Source: Hyphochytrium catenoides (taxonomy: Eukaryota; Protista; Hyphochytriomycota). Taken from it: a stretch of DNA of 44,899 nucleotides. The notes beneath the pieces were generated by a model, which was not told where the DNA came from, made no database searches, and saw only the letters and a program-made list of their open reading frames with translations. A program made the position numbers and the translations under genes. Of the stretch, positions 1 through 11,340 are shown piece by piece. The first letter of the stretch is position 1. Each line of letters opens with the position of its first letter. Where the stretch lies: contig FLMG01001401.1 in assembly GCA_900088475.1 (NCBI GenBank), forward strand, positions 1 to 44,899. The letters are read 5' to 3'.

Positions 1-42
1 TCTCTCTCTCTCTCTCCTCAATCTCTCTCTTTTGTCTCTCAG

Positions 43-69
43 ATCAAGGAGGTGCACGAAGATTTTTGA
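43..69 (+). other. Possible terminal exon of an upstream gene (IKEVHEDF*), or a 5'UTR exon acceptor of DPM3
   Basis: Polypyrimidine tract ends tctctcAG at 41-42, followed by ATC AAG GAG GTG CAC GAA GAT TTT TGA. Phase is unknown because the upstream exon lies outside the window. Confidence 0.2.
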
Positions 70-492
70 TGGCACCTGTCTTTGAGTCTATTCCGAATCC
101 AAAGGCCTCACTGAACGGAATACTGGGATCCAGCTCAGCTTATTCCCAATGTCATGAGGTTTGTTAGATTTTGTTGGTTCGCAAATCTTCGTCAGAGTCT
201 TCAGGAGCTGCCACACAGAGACAGACAGAGATCGCCAAACAGCCGCAGCTCCTCGACAGTCCCGAGCACAGAGGAAGAGGCTGACGCAGGCAGGACACAA
301 GCAGAAGAGGGAGAGAAAGAAGCGTGACGAGGCAAGGCAAGAGAGGCCAAGAGTTTCTATAAGGGAGAGAGAGAGAGATAGACAAAAAGAGTGATAAGTG
401 TTACCCACGCCAACGTGCTGCTGCTTGTCTTTCTGTCTCCTGGTGGGGCCTCTTCCCTGTCGGAGCCTGACTGTGAGGAATAGAGGAAGAAG

Positions 493-1701
493 ATGCTAAA
501 ATATCAGCGGTTTGGCCTTGGCCTTTTAGGCTTCCTCGGCCTTTGGCTGGGTCTGCTCTGCAATGTCCTTGGTCTGCCTCTCAGCAGCGCTCACATGGAC
601 GTCATCAAGGCTGTAAGTCCGAGACTGTCTCATCTTTCATCCTCCTGACCATTAGAACTCCGTTTGCTATGCTCTTGGGCATATCTCCTACAGGCCCCTT
701 TCTCCCTTGTCTTCTCTCCCTCTCTCCATCTCTTTGTCTCTCTCACTTTCTCTTTCTTCTCGCAGTCTGGCTCACACGCTCTTGCACCTGCTGTCTCTCC
801 TTTGATGTCTTCTTTTTAAAATCTCTCTCCTTTGTCTTTGTCCTCGGCTCGGCGTTTCTTCTTCTTTGGACGCCTCTTGATCTCCCTTTCTGGCGTTCGC
901 CTTGTGTCTGCACTGCCCCTTTGCAATCTGTCTTTTGCCTGTCTTCTCTCTCTTCTCTCTTGCATCTCGCCTGCATATATAACATTTGCCATACGTTACA
1001 TGATCTCGCAAACCTCTCTTGCTCTCGCTCTCTCTCTCTCTCTCTCTCTTAGCTCTCTTTCCTAGCTCTCCCTCTCACGTTCTTCTCACGCTCTTTTGTC
1101 TCTCTTTGAGTCTCTGTCCGTGTCCTCCTCCGTCAAGTCATAGTCTCAATTTTTCCTGGCGATTCATAACCTGGTGTTGTCTGTCTCAGTCTCTTTGACA
1201 TGCCACTGACCAAAGTTTCTCTCTTTCTCTCTCCATTTACTCTCCTCTATTGACTCCTATCTCTCTCCTTCCACCAATTCCACGCATACGCACCACCCGC
1301 ACTCTGTTGTCTCTTCCGATCCCTGGTCATTCTTCGCCTTTCTCAGCTTCCGATGTATGTACTTGTATCCTTTGGCTCCTACTCCCTGGCGGTGATCGGC
1401 TTCAATCTTTTGAAACTCGAAGACTGCCCAGAGGCCGCGAAGGAGCTGGAGCAGGTACATCCTGAGAACCATCTTTCTCTCTCTTTCCTTCTCTTTCTCT
1501 CTCTCTCTCTCTCTTTCTGTCTCTGATCTAGATCGTTGTCTTTTCTTCTTTCTCTCATTTTCCTCTGTATTAATGCGTGACATCTACTGGGTTCCCAGCT
1601 CTCACGCACTTCCTTTGCATCTCTCTTCCTGCTTCTTTCTCTCTTAGGAGGTAATTGAAGCTCGAGAAGATTTGAAGAGGAAAGGATTCACTTTCCAATG
1701 A
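493..1701 (+). CDS. DPM3: Dolichol-phosphate mannosyltransferase subunit 3, 93 aa; exons 493-612, 1347-1454, 1648-1701
   Basis: Spliced product MLKYQRFGLGLLGFLGLWLGLLCNVLGLPLSSAHMDVIKA/LPMYVLVSFGSYSLAVIGFNLLKLEDCPEAAKELEQ/EVIEAREDLKRKGFTFQ*. Two TM segments, the LP.Y.LVS.G.Y.L..G motif and the C-terminal DC.EAA.EL...(I)EAR.DL.R.G coiled coil typical of DPM3. Both introns are GT-AG, phase 0. Confidence 0.93.
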
Positions 1702-2050
1702 TAGATAACCTGCTCACAAGATATAGAAGGAGAAACTGATGCAAGAGAGGAAACAAACCGAGTGGCGGTGGGGGAGAAGAGAGAGAGAGAGAGAGGGAGA
1801 GAGAGATGGAGAGAGAGGTAGAGAGAGAGAGCCAGTGATCGGAGTGCGAGAAGAGAGTGAAGCCAAAGGAGAGCGTGTGGTTTTTGATAGAGTATAACAG
1901 GAAACGGAGGAGAGAGAGACGATTTGAGGCACGGACGACAGATTCTAAAACGAAAGCAGCCGCATCTATTTATTGACTCTAAGCCCTTGAGTAGTATGTT
2001 CATATGTGCAGTCTCTCTCTCTCTCTCTCCCATTGTAACTCATCTCTTTC

Positions 2051-3575
2051 TCAAGTTGTGGCGCTCTTCTGCCCCAAAGAGTTAGAGCTGTTGCTGCGAG
2101 AGAGTCTACCCATCACGCGGTTCAGCACACTTCCTCTAGAGCGAGAGTCTAGAGGAACGTCACTCATTTTACTCTCAATCACAGTCCCTGGCTGCTGCCC
2201 ATTCGCAGCAGGAGTCATCGTTTCCTCGTCTGCTGAGGGAGAGAGAAGTGGAGAAGCAGTGAGAGAGGATGCACCTTCTCCTCTCTCTTGTCTGCTTGTT
2301 CCTTCTTCTCTGGTTGCCGAGGAGACCGAGAGCTCTCCTTCACTCGTTCTCCGGAGTAACTTCTTGAGAAAGCTAGAGAGAGAGGCACTTGACGGAGTCT
2401 CTCCACCTCTTGAGCCTTCCTCGTCCGTTTCTTGAGGAGATGATAGAGGAGAGACAGCTTGAGCGGACGCGACTGTAACTCTTGAATCTGTGACGGTGGG
2501 AGATGTGAGAGAGGAGGCAGAGATTTCTCCCTCGCTCTTTCTTCTAATGATCTTCTGCACAAAGTTACTGAGTGGTCCCCTGCCAGCGCTAGGCCCTTCC
2601 ATTTCTCTCTTCCCTGATACTGCGGCGTCCACTCCTGGCTGAAGAGAGATGCTCGTAGAAGAGGCTTCACGAGACAAGGAGGCCGTTCCTCCTACTTCGT
2701 TCACAGAAGGGGAAGACGAAGAGGCAACGTCCCCTTCAGGCTTTTTATATACAATACGCTGTACAAAGGTACTTATAGACTTCCGCCCTGGACCTCCACC
2801 GGTTGTCCGCAAGGGAGCCGAAGGCACTATGGTTGGCGAGGAAGACAGGGCCCAAAAGAGAAGAAGATAGGAAGTAGAAGAGGAGTTAGCGATATGTTAG
2901 TCACAGTCGTAAGCCATCATCCTCCCTCTTCTCACTGAAAAGACTATTGGGCGGTCTCTCTCTCTCTCTCAATTATCTCCTCCACGATTCTGAGAGGTCC
3001 TCTGGGTCTTCCGCTTCTCTCTATCCCACTTCTTCTCTGTCTATTTCGGCTGCTCTCTCAATCTTCTTTGCCTGCTTCCGTCTCTTGCTGCTGTCCCTTT
3101 CCTCTGTCTGCACCTTTCTGCATACTTACATTCTGGTCTGATCTCTGTGTCTTCCGTTCCTCCATCGCCTCCTCTGCCTGCTTCTCCATGGAGTCTGGAG
3201 GCTCTCTCTAAGTCGTGAGAGGGTTGGAGAAGAGAAGAAGAGGTGAAGGACGTAGCAGCAACAACCGATGAGGAGGCAGAAGATGGCGTCGCAGTGTCTG
3301 GTCCCCCTGAAGCGCCGTGATTCTTTCCCAGGATCTTGTTCACGAACCCAGTAATTGAGGTTCTGTTCTCAGAGGGACTCTCCTCGGTCGAGGGAGAGAG
3401 GTCTTCAGGGGACTCTATATCGCGGGACCACCAGGTGGACAGGCAGCAGGAGATGGCGACGGGAATTTGGCGGGACGTGTTCACGTGTGAGTAACAATTG
3501 ATGAGAAGAAGGTACAGGCTGGACACACACACACCAAGGAGAGGGAGAGAAGGAAAAGAGAGACGTATATCTATA

Positions 3576-3608
<33 letters not shown>

Positions 3609-6600
3609 GAAAAGAGAAAGCGAACAAACAACTACAAGCAATTTTTTCATCCCTACAAGGAAAGTACAAGGATCCGCATAGAAACAAGCAGTCGCGGTGC
3701 AGGAGAGAATCTGATTGTCAAGCCAGAAGGTGGCAGAATGGAAGAGAAAAGGATAACTGTCAGGAACTGACAGACACAACTCCACAGCGCTCCGACCGAC
3801 CTCCTTCACCCTTAGGGCCCCTCTGGAAAGGGGCTCGGACAATATCTCTGAAGTTCTCAAAAACTCCGCCTTTCCCTACCGCTCCTTCTCCTCCCACGGG
3901 CTCAGATAAGACCTCAGGGGACATCAACTCTGGGGAGCTCAGCGAGCCTCCTTCATCTGCTTCTAAATAGTTTATACTGGGCACGACCAGCCGCTCCCTA
4001 ACCACCATTCCTGTCTCCCTTACTGGAGTATCTTTGGTCCAATCCACGTAGCTGAACCGATACCTGAAGATTTAGAGGCGATGGAGGGGAACATAGAGAG
4101 CAGTGTCAGGCTTGTCCTCTATTGTTTAAAACCTCAATGCAAAGATTGAGAGAGAAGAGAAAGACACAGGCGGAGTGAGGCCACTAAGGAAGCATTCATA
4201 TCCAATGACAAGGGTCAGACATTGGGTTAACAGTATCTCACGCAGGTTAAGAGTAAAGGGATCTAATGATAAACGAGAGGTACCGCAAGACCTGCCAGAA
4301 AACTAATAGAGGAAAGCCGGGGAAAGAGGACAACCTCGGGAGCTCCTCTTCGGTCTCTTGAGCCTCCTTAACTATGCTCTCGTCACATTGTTGGCACACT
4401 CTAATGCCTAGTGTCGGATAGAACACCAGCGCCACTTTCTCAGACTGACAGCCGATGTACTGACAAACCATAAACTTCAACGGCAGATGGGCGTGGAATT
4501 GTTGGATGGCCTTCTCAACTCCACTCTCTCTCTGGATAGCCTTGCCAATTTCTGATAGAAGATGGAAGACAACAGCGAACGTAGGAGAACGAGAACCGAG
4601 GCTAAGCGATGCCATTCCCCATCGACTCTTTTTGCGATGCCTCTGATCTCTGCAGGGTGCGGCTTCGCTCATGTGCCATCTCAACCCTCTTCCCCTCATC
4701 TTCTCATCCGCCGATATATACACAGCTCCAATGTTGCTTACCTCCCGCCACTGTCAAGGCTTGCGAAGAGCAGGCATACTTGATCTCATCAGCCAAGATG
4801 TCCGAGGTGAGTGACGAGTAAGGCACGGCCGCGGGACCTGCACCCACACGCCGCACAGCCCGTCCCCAGAAGAATTGATCGCCAAAAAAAGGAACGATTA
4901 CTAGCAACAGCAAAATGTTGTTAACGGAAGTCAGTCAGTGTGCTTAGACCAAGAGACAAAGATAGAGACGTGGACATTTTGGAGGCAAGGGCAAGGGCAA
5001 GGCTCATGCCTCTGCCTTCTCGAAACACAGGATTTTGCCGAGAGCGAAGGTCCGCATTGCCTGGACCTACCTGTGGGCTTTCCGAGACGGAGTCCTGCAG
5101 CAGTCGTTCCGGCGCCACCGTGGTGCACTACGGCCTTACATTGCGCGAAGAGCCAATCATGCGGCGCTGGACCTATCATATACACCTAACCGGAGATTCA
5201 GTAGGAAGACAGCCAAGGAGAGCGGCATTGTAAGTCGTGAACGACAAATGCCCCCAAGAACATAAGAGAGAAGAGGAGGCGGCTAATATGCTAAGTTGAA
5301 TAATGAGACACCTGCTCGGGACAGTCTTCGACATCGCCAAGCCCTGACCATCCTTTTTGAATGATGGCTCTCTCGCCTGATTTGATCACGGCCTCGATCA
5401 CTAGCCGAGTCAGCTTAGCTGGATCCTTAACCACGATGGAACCGAATCCTAAAGAGCGCGATAGAAAAGAATGGGATGGACGGTTACTGTGATTGGGATA
5501 AACTCTGAGACGACTGGAAGGCACTTGGAAGGTTAGAGTGATAGGATCGGCCAAAACAGACGTGTGTCAGTTGTTCGCAAGAGGCAGGAGAGAGCACACT
5601 ATGGCTAGATAGCTGAACCGAGTGATATCATTTTCCCCCCCATGCCCTCATACTTTCTCAGGACTTTGGATCACTCAGTTCTACCATCAACAGGTGTGTC
5701 CATACCTATGAAGACTGGCTGGTCCCCTTTGGCGAGGAAATCTAAAAGGTCCTTGGGCGGCTGGTAGTCAAAGTCTGGATTGTCAAGGAACCACAAACCA
5801 CTGACGCCTATCCACGGCTGCCAATCCGAAGGGCGAGGGAGGAGATGCTCGCTGAAGCAGTATGTAAACGGTACCTGATATTTCATAAACAGACACCGTG
5901 AAAAGGTCGAGCAATACTGGAAGCTTGTAAAGGAAGACAGGACGCAAGCAATGGGACAGCGCCCCCGGAGAGCATAAGAAGGAAGAAAGTCACGAATGGG
6001 CAACCTGCACCCATGTAAGTATGGGGGTAAGTTGTTCTTCGAGACGGCTCGCTTTACCTGCTTGTCATTCAGAATGGTAGCTCCTCTCTTCACCTTTCTC
6101 AGCCGTAAAGTTTTTCTTCTCCACTCCTGCACGAGGTCCCGAATACCGCTCCAGATAGCAAGGTCCACGGTGAGATAGGAAAGGTACTTGGCGGCATCGG
6201 AGGTCAGCTCTGTCGTTATGAATGGGCTCTGGACGGCACGAGTGGGAGTCCAGGGCATGGTAAACGCCATGTGCTGATTGTACCAAGATCAGGGGTCGAT
6301 GGTAAGTGACGAGCAGCAAGATGATCGGGTTACGAGACGGGAACAATCAGGTGGCCAAGGCTTCAAGCATACGGCGATGTATGGAGAAGGAGAAAGGAGG
6401 GAAAAAGCGAAAAGTCATAACGTCTAAAGCATCTACTTTGTGCGCCATGGCAGAAAAGGCCTGAACAATGTAAGATGCGGACACGGGGGACAGGCTGAAG
6501 ATCCCAATGAGCTTAAGACCGGAAAAGGAGGCGAAGGGAAGTGAAAGAAAGGGAGGAGGCACATCCTAATTCTAGTTCCGCTGGGGTTAGGGGAACGCTT

Positions 6601-9600
6601 CCTGCTAGGAGGATAGTACACCCCTTGGCTTACCAATGGAATGCCCAACTTCTCAGCCACATGCGGAGCACAGAGCGAAGGAGGATTGGCGATCAATGCA
6701 TCTGCTCTGTAGAATTCATCGCCTTCTGAAGGTGTGGTGCAGGCCTGATAGACTGTTTTGAAGAGCTCTTTCATCCAAGGCCGCTTGGACCTTAGGTGGT
6801 CCAGTACCATACCAACGCTGATGAGCTTGTGGTTGACCATTGCCTGAGACGGGATAAGGTAAATGATAGGGCCGAAGAGGAGGCCGAGCCGAGTGGAAGC
6901 GGACAATGGGAAGTGATAAAAAGAAATCCAGAAGAAATAAGCGCCAAGCAGTTGGTGCCGGGTGATAAGATAAAGCTGAAAGGTTACCAGCGAGAGGTAA
7001 GATGAATATATACAGAGAGATGCCCAAGCAGAGTATAAATTCGTTCCGGGCCTCGATATATCACCGCCTTCTAGATTGCAAGGTATTCCGCTGCGCCTCA
7101 CCTCCATCAGCATCTTTGGATCTCCTGCTAAAGGGAAGAAGTCCAGACCATGGCCAGTGACAAAGTCCCTAAAGACTTCGTGGGTAGCAACCCGGACAAG
7201 ATGTCCCTTTGAGGCTAATCCTTTGCCCAGAGCGATAAAAGGTTGTACGTCCCCGCGAGAGCCCACGACTATTGAACAGAACAAGTGTCTTAGTGGTGGA
7301 GGTTAGAAGACAATGGCCGGTGGAGTGAAGTAGCACTCTGGACAAAAGGTAGCCAGAGCTTGGCGCGAGGACCACGTCTGTAAGGAGAAGCCATGGAGAA
7401 GCTAGTAAAGCGACAGACGGGGCTGTGGAGGCTGCCAAAGCAAGCACTCTACCTATAATGACGATCCGAAGTCTAGGGACTTTGAGTATTTGCTGGTAAT
7501 TTTGAGAGTGAGAGAGTTAGACACTTCTTTCGACCCTGCTACTCTGTACACAAGCAGGAAGAGTGCAGAGATTGCCGTCATATCCTTCTTAACCCCAGCA
7601 AGACGTCTGATCGCACACAGACTAAAATATAATGAGGGAGCCAGATATCTGAACGCCACTTAGCCAATGATGGACGCATAGAAGGAAGAACCCGCTAAGT
7701 ACTACCCTACCTTCTCTGCTCCTTCTTCTTTATTCACATAAAGGGAAACGGTCGTAGAGTAGAGAGCACGGAGTCTCATGATTGTCTCCTCCTTATGAAT
7801 GTTAGACTTAATGAGCTTCGACAAGATCTCTCGCAAGACCCACTGCACATTCTGCCCCTGCGAGTACCGCCTCTTCATCTTCCGCGAGTACTCTTCCACC
7901 ATCTCTTCCAGCTGCTGCTTGTGGCTCTCTCCATACTCTTGGCCCTCAAACTCTACGATCTGGCGGAGGAAGGGCTCTACCACCTGAGGCAGAACAGATT
8001 ATTGTTGGGCATATCAATCGACCTGCTACCAGCACCAGAGCCGACGGAATCACACTTTCCGTCCTGCCTCGAGTCCCTCTGCTCTTAATGTTCACACGAC
8101 CATTCGTACCTGAGGAAGAACAGTGTGCACGTTCCTTCTCCTAATGACACCCATCTCGTCCATGTACTGCCGCACAATATTCTCCACCAAGTATCCCACG
8201 GTCTGTTCTGTGTCCTCTAAGAGGAATGCGTTGTACATCCTCTCAGTCTCTGCAATGTCCTCCAAGGCTTCATTCTCTTCAGACAAAACAAACAAGGAGA
8301 GCAGATTTTCTCCGCTTTCCTCCTTAAACTTACGGCCACGCCTCAAGGAGGAGGGATCTAGGAGAGTGTAAGTCAGAGTAGAGTTTGACGGAAGAGAGGC
8401 AAGTAAAGACGCGCAGCGATGCGGGTGATGCTACGAGCAGGATGATCCCAAGACGTGAGTCACTAGAAAGCGTAAACCAGGTACAGGAACAAGAGATGAT
8501 GATCAAAAGAAAAAGGTAAGATCTACGCCGATAAACTAGTACCTGGCTCCGACTCTGAGTCCAGGTCGCTGGCTCGTAGGTCTCCAGCGTCTCCTTCTCC
8601 CTTTACGATAGACGTTCTGACAAGTGAGCTTCGCTCTGCTTCCTTCTCTACTTCCCATAGGTTGGAGCGAGGAGCAACCTGCTTCTGCAGCCAAAGCCGC
8701 CGGCGTATGAACGTGATTGGACTCTCTTTTCCTGATGTGAATTTAAAAGCTGAAGTCGAGTAAGACAAAGGTAAAGGAAGATACGAAACGAAGATGCCTT
8801 GCTCCATCTGACAGCCATGCTCTCCTTGGTATCTCTTCCGGAAGCCTTAAGCTTCATACCACCTATCTCCTAATGTCTTTGGCTGCTCATCGTTCTCCAC
8901 ATCCAAGCTCACCATCAAAGGACGTCGCGTACTGCCAACCGTCCTTATCACAAGGAAATCTATTCCTTTCGATCTGCCAGCCCTCGAGGTTCAGCCAAGG
9001 AGTCGATATGGTTCCATCTGCATTCGAGAACTTCGCGCGGCCATGCCAGCGTATATTCGTGCTGCAGAAGAAAAGGAAACACGCCATTATGAAAAAACGA
9101 TAGAGACACAGTGGGAGAAGGAAGATGTCATGGACGGACGTGAGGCTCCAAACTTATAAGGAAGTAGGATGGATAAGAGGTAGGGAAGTGAAGATGCCAT
9201 GGGGACTGCCAGCCATAGATAAAACACCATGGGATAGGCAGGAGGTTGTGCTAAACGGCACAAAGTATAGGCCAAGGCCGGATAGAGAAAGACACAAGTG
9301 ACACAGAACACCAATGAAGTCAACGAATCTCGCACTCTAGTTTCCTAAAAGAGTCACTTGGGAGAAGACTGTCTTCTCCCCGCGCCTCACCTCTTCCAAC
9401 CTGTGAGTCCGTACGTCTGGTTCTGATACACCTCTCCGGCCGGGTAAAGAGCGGCAAGGAACTCTTCCTCTGTAAGGGCTTGATCCCCGTCATCCCCATC
9501 AGATGAAAGATGCGACCAAGAATCATTGCTGCTGCCACTTTCCCGGTTTTCACCCTCTCCCTCTGCGACCTCCTGTCAATAGAAAGATGATCAGATTGAG

Positions 9601-10507
9601 CACTCGGCATAAAGCAGAGCGCCACCAGTAAAGAAAGCGCACGAAGAGACAATCCTTTGTTAGCTCCAAACCTTTGAACCTGAAGGAATGAGCAGATCGA
9701 GCTAACTAAGGACTGAGATGGAAGAATCGATAGAAAGAGAGAGAGAGAGGGAGAGAGTGATATTGAGTCTCAGACTCATCATAAGGTAGTCGACAGCTGA
9801 CCCTTAGCGCCTTCTTTATTGCCGTAAGCCATTGATCTCTCTCAGCTGCGGTGTCTGCATAGACATAAACCTTTCGAGGAGAGAACCAGTCCGGGTTTCC
9901 ATTGATGACTAGAAAGCCCGTCTCTGATGGTGATCTGCTAGGATTCACCACGTGAATACCTGCCCAAGGACCGACACCTTCCACCTAAAACAATGTGAGA
10001 GATGAGAGAATGAGAGAAGAGGAAGGAGGGAAGAGTGGTCGTCAACAAGCCAGAGTTTACCCAGCGGACGGAGCTGGCGCATGGGTTGGCAAGAGGCAAG
10101 ACCAGCACGGAGAGAGAGGGAAAAGACAAAGAGAGGAAGAGAGAGAGCGAGAGAGAGAGAGTGGGAGAAAGAGAGAGAAATGCAAAAAGGTGCACCCAAC
10201 AGATGATAATAGAGCCTATGAAAGAGAGAAACAGCAACGGGGAAACAGATCAATAGAGAGGGAGAGAGGGAGAGAAAGAGAGACAGGAAGAAAAAGCAAC
10301 CTTGATTCTAAGCACTGGCTGCGCAGGGTTCTCTCTGAAACTGGCTTTGGAGTTGTAGACCTGGATCCACTGTCCCCTCAGAAGGCAATACCTCCTCTTT
10401 CTTCGGTGCAGACGGATATACAGCTCTCCCTCCATCCCAATCGCTGCTCCTCCGCCACTTCCGCCTTCTTCAGAGGTGGCTGGTTCTTGAAGAGCATCCG
10501 AAGCCAT
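2051..10507 (-). CDS. Multidomain sterol 3-beta-glucosyltransferase-like protein (GT1, UGT51/UGT80-type), ~1370 aa, 19 exons: 10507-10301, 9984-9802, 9572-9391, 9061-8913, 8749-8543, 8276-8110, 7983-7711, 7492-7453, 7268-7102, 6843-6634, 6273-6058, 5874-5706, 5448-5312, 5185-5071, 4900-4742, 4551-4335, 4063-3810, 3414-3130, 2826-2051
   Basis: All 18 junctions are GT-AG and phase-consistent. GT motifs: [34 protein letters not shown]...[37 protein letters not shown]...[27 protein letters not shown]-terminal PH domain ([14 protein letters not shown]...[20 protein letters not shown]) and DysF domain (EVYQNQ...GW...DKDGWQYA..F...IRRRLW). Confidence 0.88.
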
Positions 10508-10876
10508 GATGTCGACAGAGAAAGAAACGCCAGAGTGGAGAGCGCGCGCAGGAGAGAGAGACAGAGAGAGAGAAGAGAGAGAGAGAGAAGGAGAGAGAGA
10601 GAGGAGGTGGACGCTGGAAGATAGGTTATGCCGATTGGTGGCGCTGTCTATCTGAATGTGATGCTTCGAAGCTTTGTAAGGACTTCCTCAAGACATTTGG
10701 GAGGAGGAGGACTGGTCCTCTGGACAGGGTAAAATGCAAGTCAAGGGTGGCGTCAGCCTTCTTCCCTTCCTTGTTCGACCACCAGGGCGAGCCGTAGAAG
10801 CTGTAAGGAAGAAGAAGAAAGAGAGAAGAGACGATGCGCGCAGGGGAGAGGGGTTGCCAGCCGAGAGCGAGTGATA

Positions 10877-10919
<43 letters not shown>

Positions 10920-11157
10920 ATAAGAGACACGCTAGGAGAACAGTTGTCGAAGTATAGTTCTAAGGATGGTGAGGGCGGTCAATAGAACGGGGGAACAAGC
11001 GCTGTCTTGGTGGTACCGTACATCTCAGCTGAATGACAGGCGAGCTGGCCGAGGATGGACATTGGATTCTTGCTCGTGATGATGGACCAAAAGCTGGAGG
11101 AGGAGGAAGTACGTAGGACGAGGAACAGAGCACAAGGAGGAGTGAGAATTAGTAGGT

Positions 11158-11340
11158 GAGAGAGAGACAGAGAGAGAGAGAGACAAACAGAGAGAAGAAG
11201 AGAGAGAGAAAGAGAAGGAAAGAGAGAGAAAAGAAAGAGGGAGAGAAAGGAAGAGAGAGAGAAAGAAAGAGAGAGAGAAAGAGAGAGTGAGAGAGAGAGT
11301 GAGAGGAAGAGAGAGACAGAGAGAGAGAGAGAGAGAAAGG
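11158..11340. repeat. (GA)n-rich microsatellite tract
   Basis: Near-continuous GA/GAGA/GAAA run. Confidence 0.9.
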
